From: Orbicella franksi
Lineage: Eukaryota
Assembly (NCBI GenBank): GCA_964199315.1
Contig: OZ116704.1
Coordinates: forward strand, 28,830,001-28,894,000
Direction: 5' to 3'
Length of the DNA: 64,000 nucleotides
Shown here: positions 1 through 12,445 of the stretch, in pieces
Layout of the letters: the number at the start of each line of letters is the position of its first letter
How positions within the stretch are numbered: position 1 is the first letter of the stretch
Notes under the pieces: model-generated
Database searches by the model: none
What the model saw: the letters and a program-made list of their open reading frames with translations, nothing else
What the model was told of the DNA's origin: nothing
Made by a program: the position numbers and the translations under genes

Positions 1-353
1 CCTAAAAAATTGGCCCCTAATAAAGGTCTTCAGGGGCCACTTTGGCCCTCAAGTAAAAAGTTCTGGCTGAAACACTGCTTCAATTACTCTCCAACAACTC
101 ACTGACGGTCAGTAACTAACACCACTCACCCAAAGTAACCCTGTTCCTGAAATTTTATGGTTTCATGACTAATTTTCTTTCAAATGAAACCTTTTAAAAA
201 TTATCAAAAAGGATATACCCCTAGTCCAAAGAGAAACATTTTAACACATTTTAAAAAATTGTGCAACATGTTGTGGCAGTACATTGTGCTCATGTATGCA
301 GTTCCTGAAAGTCATATTTTGTTTTAGCTGAATAATAACAAGCTTCAACTAAC

Positions 354-3300
354 CTGCTCAGTAACAGAGAGACAAGCTCCACATGACCTTTCTCTCCTGC
401 TAGAGTCAAAGGGTTTTCCCTACAATAAAAGCACAGTTTGTAATCAATAGTTAACATTTCCATTTAACGAATGGCAGTGGTACTAAACCTGCAAAAGACC
501 GATGTAGGCAGAAGAGAAAATTTTCAATATGCTTTTCCTAAAAAATGACACTTTTTCAATGTGTATTGCAGCACCTCTTTGGGAGCCATCCAAATATTTC
601 TTCAAACTCTTTTGTTCTTGACACAAAAGGAATGTTACCAGCTGACATGTGAATCAGTTTTTCATTGTACAAATTTGCATAATGAGAATTAAGTTATGCT
701 TGCTTGTTTAACCTTGGTTTAAATACGTACTTTTCAGTGTCATTATGATTGTGACTGTGTTACTTAACATTTTTGGAGCTTCTTTTATCTTTCCAGAACA
801 TGTCTTGTTACACTTACCAAGCACATGTCATGTGGTAAAATTCCTCAAGTTTGTGTGATTAGAAAACATGAATTGAAATAAACTCTGTACAGCTTCAAAA
901 TGCGGTAGAACAGTAAAGCAAATGGTTTGTTCCCTGGGCAAGGATGAGCAGAATCAGATAGAACCGGCATTTTGCTCCAGCTTCTTTACTGTAAAGCGAC
1001 TGGAAGTATTGCATCTTTTTCAAAAACATAACACGAGACCCTGGGCTCTCACCTGTAATGTTCAATTAAAACTCTAACAAACTAATCATTAGACCACTGC
1101 CTCCCCACAACTCCCCAAGGATCTTTATGAAAGGCAAATCTGACTAACCTGCTGTTTGGGAATGGTGCGTTCACACTGGCTCCATAATCCAACAAAAGTT
1201 CTACTACATCCACATGGTTTTCTCGACAAGCCTGAGGGGAAAAAGCAACTAACATTAAAGGTTTATTTCCTTTCGTGATTATTTGATCTTAGATCTAGAG
1301 CCAAACTGATAGCCTTCTCTTACTAACATTTTTGCACTGAGAACAAGTACTAGACTTTTGTGATACCTGAAATAAGGGCGTGATGCCTGTTTTTGTTCGG
1401 CAGTCTCTGTTCGCAACATTTTCAAGGAGAAGTTCTGCAACATCCCGGTGACCTGAACAAGTAAAAGCATGTAACTTAGCACAAGCTTCTTGTTGATAAC
1501 ATCTGTTACAGTACACTTTTTTTTTTTTTATTTCAAAATAAGAAAGGTGAATGTTTGTAAAAATTGATGAAGACCTACCTTTCCAACAGGCCATAAAGAG
1601 AGGACTTTGACCATAGTTATCAGGAAGTTCTACATCAGCACCATGCACAAGTAACTGTTCAGCGACAGAGACATGACCCTCCCTAGAAATCAGTCAATTG
1701 GTACTGTCAGCATATTACTTCATAATGTACTGTAAACAAAACTGTTCCTTTCTGGGGAGTGAGGGTGCAAGTGGGTCAAACCCAATATTTTACTTGTTAT
1801 GTAAGCAGCAATGTCCTATAGTGTGCGAGTCAGGAGAGAGGTTGCCTGTATCAAATAATGCCATCTTCCCACCTCAATGGTCCAGCTTAAATCTTAGGGG
1901 TACATGTACAAAACTAAGAATTTTGAAACCAGAAAAAAACAGGAACCAGCAATAAATTATTACTACAACCTTCTAGTTTAATTCCTAAAACCTGGTCTTT
2001 GTAATCTAAACAAATTATGTACAGCTACAGCAAGCACTTTGGTGAACCTTCCATGAAAACAACTTGACCTTGTTTATAAGAAATACTGTCATGTATTCTC
2101 ATCACTAAATATCAATATTGTTTTGTAAATATACAGTGTCACAGGGCTTGAAAAGAGTGCCATCCAGTCATCCACGACAAGTAGATTTTCCTTCCAGGCA
2201 GTAACTTTTCATTCTCACTTGCCCAATGAGCAAGAGATCAGGCAAGTTGTCCACCAACCAAGTCATTAAAAGAGCAAACTACATGTAAGACTTGCGCAAG
2301 GCAACAAAAATTTGAGGCCACTTGTCCCAAGGGCAAGCTGGAATTAACTTTTTTTCTAGCCCTGGGCAAGTGTCACTATAGGAAAATGCACAGTGTAACA
2401 AGAAATAAAGGCAAAATCAAACCTTGTAGCTTCCATAAGAGGGGTGCAGCCAGTTTTAGTTTGATGATCGACTTTGGAGTTGTGTTTTAGGAGAAGATCA
2501 ACCACATCCACATGGCCTGTTTGGAGAAGAAAGGATATTCATGATGGAAAGTTGTAAAAAGCTCTTAGTATACTTCAATAGTCACAGAAGAGGGTGATGC
2601 AATCATTGCAAGAAGTTTCCTTAATGTAAAACACAGATGAAAACACAGGTTCAAATATGTATGATACCTAAAATGTCAATAGTAAGCCCTGGGCTATAAT
2701 ATACATTACTTGCATGAAACTTTGCATGATTTTTTTGGACAAAAAAAAAATATCTGAAAATAAAACTAACTAAAATTCTGGTTGGAGTCTGAAATATTTA
2801 CAGTACAGTATAAAACTTTTAAATAGCTCCAAAGTCACCACTTTCCTTTATAGAACTAACTCTAATTGAGAAACTGCTCGAGATGCCTAACAGCTTAATA
2901 AAATTGTTCTTATTTTCCCATCAGTGTATTCTGTAAAACCTTGAGGGTGCAGTAAAACTATCATTGAACGTCTGAAATTTTGACACCTAAAATTTTTTGC
3001 CAGCAATGTAGAAGACTTGTTTGGTACATATTTTCCTAGGGTGGGGTTAAGTGTGTTTTTTTTTTGTATTTACATCTGCCACAAATTTTCATAGCCAAAA
3101 AAATTCTATCAATAGCCATTAATTATTTCATGCTGATGTGTACACCAAGAGAGTATCATTTTGCATAAATACCTTTCCAGCAGGCCAGTGTAAGTGGTGT
3201 GTCGTCGTTACTCCCTGATGGTGTGTTTATTTCAGCTCCCTTGTTTAGCAAAAGACGAGTGGTGTCTACATGACCCTCCCTAAAAATACAATCAAGTAAT

Positions 3301-6300
3301 GATTATTACATGTTTGAATTTCAATCTGATTCTGAGTCACTATGTAACAGTTCTCGTTTAGTACCAGTAGTTTGAAAACAACCATCTGTAATATAATCAT
3401 TTCTGTTTAAAGTGCCTATGAAATGAAAAAATAATTGTTGCTCATTTGAAAGGTTTTTCAAAATAAAGAACGATGTTTTCTTGTGGAATATCTTCTTTCG
3501 TTTTAGAGATATTGATGTTTTGTATTATGCAACCCTATCCCTAACATCCATAAACACATAACAAAACAATGAGGCCACTGTTCAGCCATCTTGACTGAAC
3601 AAGCTTTTATCAATAGAAGATTGATTATATATGGCACAAAGAACAGTATTTTTCCTGCAGGTAAGAAAGTGCCATCTTGCCCGTTCAAGTAGCCAATCAC
3701 AACACTGGATTTGGTTCATCCTGCCCTCTTACCTTCACTGAAAACTGAAATGCTTTCTAACACATACAAAAAGAAGTGAGCTTCATATATGTTACCTTGA
3801 GGCTAACATCAGGGGAGTACAGCCAGCTTTGTTACGATGCTCAATATTTGACTTGTGTTCCAAGAGAAGCTCAACCACATTAGTATGGCCTGAAAGAAGT
3901 TATTCATCATACAATCACTATGATGAAGACAGAGTTAACTGGGGAAGGACATAGATTAATTACCTGGGGTTTTATTGACATTTTCTGCAGGAGGGCAACT
4001 GGTTTTCACAGGTGGGCAAAACTTTTCATACTGAACTTCTTTCCAAGAAAAAATGTTCCTCCAGATGGTCAAACCAGGTGGACAAAATCATCCTCATAGC
4101 CAGTCAATTTGCCCGGTGCCTGGCCCTCAATGAAACCCCTGAATTACATTACAGCTACACGTACTGTACGAAGAAAGAGATCAGTTCACAATACCTTTCC
4201 AGCAAGCCAGAGTAAGGGGGATGTTATTTTCACTACCAGAGGGAACATTCACTTCAGCATTGCTATCAAGAATCAACTTGGCTACTGAATAATGGCCCTC
4301 ACTGTAAACAATAAAACAGTCACTGGGTTAGAGGGGTTTTAAATAATTTGCTCACCACCAGGACCAAAGCAATCACAATGGTTGATTACAACAAATGTAC
4401 ACAGCACTATAAACCAAAGAAAGCTTGACGTAAATACATGTAACAGATACCAAGGGTGGGAAATCTGCATGGTCAAGTTGAGATTCATCATCATCATCAT
4501 CAATCTCACGCCACTGAATCAAAGGACCATCTGGGAACTAATTCAACTGTCCACCCCTTCCCTCTTTCTTCCAGAGTTTCCTGTCCCTCTGATGTCCCTG
4601 TCCCTCTGGAATTTCCAATTCCCTGTGTTGAGGCTACAGGAATTTTCTGGAGCTTTAACATTACATCAAATAGAGTCTACTCTGAATGGCGACAAGAACA
4701 TGATTGGAGAATAGGAACCCCTTTATATACACAAATTTTTGCAATATTTTATTTTATTAGCAGGAAGTCAGTTATGGTTTACTTGTGACTCCTGCTGTTC
4801 AGATTTTTAAAATCACCTTGCTTAGAGGAAAGAGTAATTAATTCCACTGCACAAAATAATATTGGCAATGCAAGTGAAACACTTTGATTCTACCACAATA
4901 AAAGATTCAGACCCAATTCTTTGAATGTATAAAAGCACTGCACCTAATATTGCAAATAGTGATAGTTTATTACACTAAACAACTGCCCTGCAAAGTGGAA
5001 GTTGGGTGACCAAGGTATCCAGAAGCATCTACTATTGGCAGCCAGCTTCTAGATGGAGACCACTCCAATGGCTGGCAAATCCTGGCAACCCAGCCCCTCC
5101 CCATGCAGAAGGGAAAAAAGCAGACACCCATCACACTGACAAAACAGTGGAAAGAGAGGGAGGGACAGGGGAGGGGAAAGAGCCTCTGAGAAGAGTCCCC
5201 TTGCTTGAAACTCTAACACTGATGGAAAACACTGCCACCTGGTTAGCTCAGTTGGTAGAGTGCCAGACTGCTGTGCAGGAGGTCAAGGGTTCAAGCCCCA
5301 GACCGGACCAACAGAATGTGCTACCTCTGTAATTATATCTGCAAAATGCTTAGACATTCCAGTCTTCTCGGATAAGGACTATAAATCGTAGGCCCCATCT
5401 CCTACATCTTCAGTGTTATGTGGTTAGCAGGGGACATTAAAGAACCCACACACTTATTGAAAAGTGTAGGGCACATAGTCCCTGGTGTTGTCATCTGGCC
5501 TTGTCTCACGGGTTGGTGCTTAACATAGGGTTAACCTCAATGCACCTTTCCCCCTTGGACAGAATTGTCCTAGAAAAATTGCTGACTCAGGGCTCAAAAT
5601 TAACTTTTTCGTTCGAGAGCCAGCTGGCGACTAACGGAAAAATTTTGGTCACCAACCTATTTTATAAATAACTTATACAAGAACACAGTTTTATACGTTA
5701 CTTTGCATGCAAGAAAAGTCACAATTGAAGAGTGAAAACAACTAGAAACAACATGAGTAACACTTAGTTATAAAGCTACCGTTGTTCTCAGTTGATATGT
5801 CTCTGGTCCGAAAGTGATGGTTGTCTCCATAGTCATTTTATTTTTAAATGAAGCGAAGCATAAAACATTTTAAGTCTGTGGTTTTCATTGTGAGACAAAC
5901 ACGGTTCCTTGCGTATTTTCCCTTTGCTACTTCTTCGAAATGCCGTTACGTTCTTTATTTTCGACTTGCTTTCCTCGAAGGATTCAAAGTTTGGATTAAC
6001 CTTTTGGCGGAATCTTCATTCCCCGCACGTAAAAACTCACGTAATTCCTTCAACTGATTGGTGTCTGCCGCCATTTTCGCGGCAAATGAAAAGCACATGG
6101 TGTTGAAGTGCGCCTGCGATCCCAGTTTCGGAAGAAGCCTCTGAAACAATATGGCGCACCATGAACGCAGTATCGACGTGTTGAAATACATTCAATTTTT
6201 TCGCTTATCTTGTAATATTCAGACATTATTTTACTGGGAACGGAAAGGTGAGTTGTATACTAGCTACCATATCCAATTGATTTCCTAATATAAAGATAAA

Positions 6301-9300
6301 AACAAAAGTTGTGTCGTGGTTTTCTTTAGTTATTGGACAAAATGCGAGTCGCCAGCTGGCGACCAGTTCTGAAAATTTAGTCGCCAGTGCTCAATTTTTG
6401 GTCACATTGGCGACCAGTGAGTTGCAATTTTGAGCCCTGTGACTATGACTGACTCAAAGTAAGACTACTTCTGTCAATGCCTTGTAGCCCAAGAACACAT
6501 GGAATCCTGGCGCATGTGCCGATCTAAACGCCGCTGACCGCAAAGACAAGACTTGTGCTCCTTGTTGTTAACTCCGTTAAATTGCATTTTTAAAAAAACT
6601 GCATTAAATGCAAATAGAGCGAATTAAGTAGCAAGCAGCAAAGATAAAAGAAACCAGTTCAAGACCAAAAACTATTTTAAAACAAGATTTCAGATGTATT
6701 CAAGACATCTGAAAACAATATAACAACATCCAGCTACTGAATTAAATGCAATCTAAGATTAAAATGTTTATGTTAATCTAGAAAGGATTAAAATAGTGCT
6801 GTTGCTATGGAGAAAAAACAGCAACACAACATTACTTTGTAATCAATAAAAGATGCAATATTTCATCAAGAATCACAAATCTTAATTTTGTTCATTTTGT
6901 AATAATTATATAAAACAAAACCTTGAAAAGAAAAATTTATCATCAGTTGCCATCTGACATGTGTTTGTCTATACTTTGTAAATCCAACATTTAAATTTAT
7001 AAGGTCTGTAATAGTGTATACTGTAAGTGCTAAAAACATGTTTTTACCATGGATTTTTCAGAAAGCCTTTCAGTTGCATAATTTATTACCAGTACAACAT
7101 AATCCACAAGGCAAGACATGTTAAAAGGGGATCAAAAAAATGATTGCATAATCACTTACATGTGTCATAATTAAGCCCAAAACAAACAACATACAAAAAT
7201 GCAAATGAAATTTAGTCCTGAAATAAACACATTGACATGTTAATACAAGATCTTCCTTGGACTCATAGTAAATAAATTTCTTCAGTTTATTAAGCACTTT
7301 AAGAAATTTATTGGGCATTGTAATGACCTGGAGGTTGAGAAGGCCAGAGATTTAAGAACAAGCTATACTTGTATACAAAAGTTTAAAAACTTGTTAAGAA
7401 TGTACCCAGAGCTGAAATTTGGGAAAAATTTATGTTTCCCTCTGTTGTCTAAATGCCTGATGATTCTTAAAGAATTGTTCAAATCCAAGCTGGCCAGAAT
7501 CAAGAGCACAGTCATTTTCTGACAGTGACATGTGTGCTCTGGGGAAACAACTTACTGCAGCAATTTGGAGTAATGAGTGGTCCCCTACAGCTCTTGCTGT
7601 CTGTAATTTATTTGCAGCAACTTCTCGGAGTCTCAGTTTCTTTTACTAGGTTGGGAAAGTCTTGTGGTCAGAAAAAAGATGTGAGTTGCATCATCTCACA
7701 AACTGGCAAATTTACTGTTTGCTACCTCTTACATATTCAGAACTTTACCCTAAAACACACATTCTTGCAAGTCAAGTAAAAAGAGTGTGGCTAATATCTT
7801 TCAGATACTATTGCAAATGGAGTGTTTGTAAGAGTTGTAGCATTAGCTGCATAACACATACAGAAGCAGCACAGCAATAAACTGTAAATGAAATTTATCC
7901 GTTAATCATCAGATCATTAATTATTTTTAACAAACAAATCTTGGCAAGGTCAACTTCTGGGGCTGATTAAAGATGGTAATTCTTTACAGGCATTGTGAGG
8001 TGTCTCAACCTCTGATTTGTAATTGCATAAATTTGATTTCTAATTCAATGGCTTATCTAACAACAAGATGTTTAACATCTTTCAAAACCTGAAAAGTGAA
8101 TGGTACATGTAAATTTCATTTTTCTACGGATTTGTAGATGTACTTGTACTACCTAAACATTGAGCTATTATTTTGTGAAAAGAAAGGTCTCCACAACAAC
8201 TTCTTCAAAGTCCACATAACAAGAGAAACAACAATTTCCAAATTTGTTCAGTCATAAAATCAAGGTCCAATACCTTAAGAATTTTGAAATTGTCATAATC
8301 GTATACTGAAAGGGCATTAAAGGCTGTCTTATGTAAGACCCAAGTTTTGCAATGCTTGGGACTGTCATATGGTGCAATATTTTTTTTTTCCCTGTAAACT
8401 TAATGATAGAATATAATTTGCCTTGGTTATGCACGGATTCATTAGCCAGCACATTAGGAATACAAACAGGTAAATGAGTGCAATTTTATTTAGCATGAGA
8501 ATACAAAGGCTAAATAAACACAGCAGGTTGAGCATAGAGATTATTGGCTGCCTTATATTAAGTTTCATTAAAAATGAAATTTAATTTTACTTTCTGTAAT
8601 GAAATAAAAAATCATTTTTCAGATTTTTTTAAAATATATATATTTTTCAAGTGTTGTTTAAGACTACAAAATTTTGAGGGAAAATACACTACTAAAATAA
8701 AATGAACAAAAATATAATGATCACCATCAATCCTTAAAAATATTAGCAATATTCCTGTACAAAAAAATATTGACTTAACAAAATAAATCCTTCTTTCGTC
8801 AAACTTTGAGAGGGGGAAATGACTTTTTGGCAAAAGTGCTCACTATAATTTTTGGAACCAATCACGTCTGTTGTGCATCAATATTATACCCCTGTAATTA
8901 ATGCAAATAAGAAAATTCTTTGTGTGATAAACCCTTTTTGAAATTTATATATCCATGAATTTTGAATTCAGGAAAAAAAATTCAATTAGTGGCGCGTGAT
9001 ATAAAGATGATCGTTTTGTATCAAATTTCTTCACCAAGAAAATTTGGAACTAAAAAAAAAATGTTCATGTACACTGTATATAAAAGTTTTTTAACTTTAC
9101 AATGTACTGCTACTTTGTAGTTCCTAAGGTTATGTTATTGTTAACTGTAGCATTAAAAAGAGTAAAAGAACAGCTACATTAAAAGGTTTCCACTAGAAAG
9201 AAAAGACATGAATTTAATAGTCTCATTGATATTAGAGATCCTTGATCTTTTAAGGACAAGACTGCCAAAGATGTCTTAAATAACTACAATGGATCTTAAA

Positions 9301-12300
9301 AATCAAGAAGCAAAACCCACAAATTAACATTATGGTGCAATGAAACATGACAGGCATTTAAGAATACATGTACTAAGAGACAGAATTATAATGTGTAGAT
9401 GTATTTGCAAGTTTATATACTGTAAAATCCCATGTTAAAGCCCTGGGCTTACATGTTGTATATATAACTTCAAAAGGGATTTTGGGTGGGTTTGTAAACA
9501 GAGGGGGGGGGCTTATATCTGGGGGGGGGGGGCACATAACTGGAATGACAAAAATGTTTCAGAACAACGAGATAAAACCTATCTGAGAAACAAATTAAAG
9601 CTAAAATACCATTACATTTAGATGTTTGAAACAAAATGCAAAAGGAACAAACTTGTACATTCATAGGCTTATATCGGGGGGGGGGGGGGCTTATATCTGG
9701 AATAATATCTTTGCTAGTAAATAGAAGGGCTTATATTCTGGGGGGACTTATGACCAGGGCGGGGGGGGGGGGGCTTTAATGTCAGATTTTACGGTATTCC
9801 AGTACTGTAACTCCAGAAAGGGATTGTCATTGAAGTTGTAAATACTTTGTTATAGTAGAAATAAAGTATTAAAGCACTCAAAGATCAGGTAAGGGATTTT
9901 TCACTTATTGCTTTGATTTCTTTTCACACTTCAAGATATAATTTTCTAATCCCGTAAACTATAAAACACGGTTTTTATTGTTTTGCTCTGATAAATAAGT
10001 CTTTGTCAGCCAATCAGAAAACAAGTTTTATTCATTTTACTGGATGTGTGTGGTCATGTCATCAGGCCTCAACTTAATCCTAAAATCTGTTTATCTGTTA
10101 ATCCTAAAAAGCTATTTTTCCTATAACAATACTGTTAACATAAAACATTAATCTCTAACTATCAAATTTTGGTATTGACGTACACATAGCACTGTTTTGG
10201 AAAGGATGCACTTTGGCATTTGCAACTGTCCAAAAAATAATTTTATGTCATATCTTTGAAAAATTTCAGACATAATTTAAACAAATAATGTATTTAAAGA
10301 AATTTGAAGTGAAAGCTTATCAATTGTACAATCTACTAATCTATCAATTAATCTGATCTGTTATCTATTCATAGGATCCACTGAAAAAATTTGGAAACCT
10401 TGAATAACTCCATATTGGCATCCAAAAAAATTACACCAATATGGTGGTTACATAATAAATATTGTAACGTTTCTCAGTATTTGTTCTGTAATATCTCTGT
10501 TGAGGAAAAAGTAACAGAGTTATAATTTGGACAGAACACTTCTTTTTGCTGACTCCAAACTTTGCTTGTTTTCTGTTTTTCAGCAAGCAGACGGACTTCT
10601 CACACTGATCAAAAACTGAAATAATACTATCATACATAAATTATTTGGTTAACAATCTGAAGTCAGTTCTACATGCTTCAACTTATCACATTGTGCCATT
10701 GCTGGCTCCAAACTTTGCTTGTTTTCTGTTTTTCAGCAAGTAGATGGACTTCTCACACTGATCAAAAACTGAAATAATACTATCATACATAAATAATTTG
10801 GTTAACAATCTGAAATCAGTTTTACATGCTTCAACTTATCACATTGTGCCATGAGTGTCAAGTTACCAAAAGTATTGTGTTGTTGAGAGCAACAATCTTT
10901 GATAAAAAGATTAGAGAAGAGATGAGAGGAGAAACTAGGGGAGGTGAATGATGAAAAATGCAAGACTTTGGGAGAAGGCAAGACTAGCGTTTTTGCAAGC
11001 CCAAGACATTTTGATTTCTGTAACTGCAAGATTGAGACTTCAAAATGTTTTAAATGCAAGCTCCAAACATTCAGGTTCTAAGACATTCAGATGTCAAAAA
11101 TATATATAAAAAACAAACAAATCATTACTTCAAGACCTTCTTAGCCTTCCAAAAAATTGAAACCCTGCGAGAGAGCTTTATGAGACTGTGTGATGCACAT
11201 AACTGCTAGAAAACAAAACTGCAAGACCCATGAAATTTGATCAAAATTTTGCCAGGCCTGTGGTTTTTAAAAGACCATTAGCCACCCATGAAAATGACTT
11301 CAGTCAGTTTTTGGCAAAAAACAAACTATGGTTTACAAGTGGTAGGGAAGTAAGGGGAATTTATCAGTATACATTTGTCCTGTCAAAGAAGATCAAGGTT
11401 AGCCAAAAACACACAGGAAATTTGAATTACTGTAAAATCGTAACTGTGTAGCTTAGATCCCAAGGACTTGCACAGTCATTACCTGCTACTATTGGGATTT
11501 TTGCTCAAAATGTTTGACTCTGGGATGTTTATCTATTTCACTCATAGGCTTTCCTGGTCACTGAGAGGGATTATAAATTACGTTATACATATTAAGGCCT
11601 ACATACCGTGCCGCCAACATGAGCGGAGTGCAGCCATCCTTTGTGCGATGCTCTATATTAGATTTAAACTCCAGAAGAAGTTTCACGACATCATGGTGAC
11701 CCTTCCAGCAGGCACTCGTCAGCGGGATATCATTATTACTTCCACTGGGAACATTAACCTTAGCCTTTCTTTCAAGTAATTTTCGCGCCACATCAGTATG
11801 ACCCCCAAGGGCGGCAAACATGAGTGGTGTGAAACCTTCTTTTGTGCGATGCTCAATGTTGGCATTCCTTTCCAGAAGAAGCTCAACAACATCACAGTGC
11901 CCCTTCCAACAAGCAAAAGTAAGGGGGCTATCCTTGTTGCTATCCGACTCAACATTTATCTCTGCACCATGATCAAGCAGCATGGCTGCCACTTTCACGT
12001 GACCAGCCAGTGCCGCAAACATGAGCGCTGTACAACCATCTTTGGTTCGATGTTCAACATCTGATGTCCTTTCCAACAGCAGTTCCACAATGGCCTCGTT
12101 GCCAAGGGTGCATGCCCACGTCAGGGCACTATCAGAGGTGGTCTCAGTGGGGGCATCAATGTTGGCGTTATGGTCCAACAAATAACGTGCCACTTCAACG
12201 TGCCCCTGACTGCACGCTTCTAACAACGGTGTATTGCCAGCCTTGTTCCGATAATCAACATGCGCTCCACTTTCCAGCAACAACTCCACGATGTCGAGTT

Positions 12301-12445
12301 TGCCTTGCCGACATGCCAAACTCATCATTTCATCCAAACTGACGTCCGCTTCAGCGACAGAACGGAACACGGGGTCCGTTTCGTCGATAATACCAGGTTC
12401 AATGCCTTCATCGTTCTCTTCGTCGCCAGAGCTCATCGTCCACAT
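354..12445 (-). CDS. Multi-ankyrin-repeat protein with Mask (ANKHD1/ANKRD17)-type paired repeats; 5' part of a spliced gene that continues past position 1
   Basis: Exons traced with GT-AG boundaries and compatible phases: 11607-12445, 3173-3279, 2423-2516, 1579-1682, 1367-1452, 1149-1231, 354-419. The spliced product reads ...TPLMLAAR|[35 protein letters not shown]|[32 protein letters not shown]|[34 protein letters not shown]|[29 protein letters not shown]|[28 protein letters not shown]|[22 protein letters not shown]. Alternating IEHRxKxGxTPL and IDAPTE/ExD-xxLT-xAC repeats resemble Mask-family repeats from memory; orthology is not established. Confidence 0.88.
2142..2364. mobile_element. Small CAGGGC-ended MITE
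   Basis: TIR cagggcttgaaaa / ttttctagccctg; internal cttgccc/gggcaag repeats; no clear TSD. Confidence 0.6.
3985..4142 (+). repeat. Dispersed repeat fragment shared with 51220-51370
   Basis: agggcaactggttttcacag…gatggtcaaaccagg…caaaatcatcctca…gtcaatttgccc…aaa(c/g)ccctg present at both loci. Confidence 0.7.
5234..5587 (+). mobile_element. tRNA-derived SINE
   Basis: A box (TAGCTCAGTTGG) and B box (GGTTCAAGCCC) head without a tRNA acceptor stem, followed by a body (…taaagaacccacacacttattgaaaagtgtagggc…) and a tgact/tatgact-type tail. Confidence 0.75.
5588..6439. mobile_element. Non-autonomous DNA transposon (CAGGGC-ended, hAT-like) inserted in the SINE tail
   Basis: 14-bp perfect TIR cagggctcaaaatt / aattttgagccctg; subterminal ggcgac/gtcgcc repeats; no ORF; flanked by tgact on both sides. 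Confidence 0.8.
9418..9796. mobile_element. MITE with TA(C/T)GTAAAAT-type ends and G-run/GGGCTTATA repeats
   Basis: Termini tactgtaaaatc / gattttacggta; repeated gggcttata motifs next to long G tracts. Confidence 0.7.
10548..10852. repeat. Tandem direct duplication, 2 x ~153 bp
   Basis: Units start at 10548 and 10701 (gctgactccaaactttgcttg… / gctggctccaaactttgcttg…) and differ at only a few positions. Confidence 0.9.
11607..12445 (-). CDS. First coding exon of the ankyrin gene (acidic N-terminus plus about 7-8 ankyrin repeats)
   Basis: ORF 11558..12445; ankyrin periodicity ends at the donor CG|GTATGT (intron starts at 11606); the ORF tail YVGLNMY... is intronic. Confidence 0.92.

Noticed and set aside
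4450-4520. Acidic mini-exon ([15 protein letters not shown]) or His-rich plus-strand ORF in the ankyrin intron
   Set aside because: Arises from a (CAT)n microsatellite; ankyrin exons 1 and 2 join in frame without it.
5234-5310. tRNA gene
   Set aside because: A and B boxes are present, but there is no acceptor-stem pairing or credible anticodon arm, and the sequence runs straight into a repeat body; interpreted as a SINE head.
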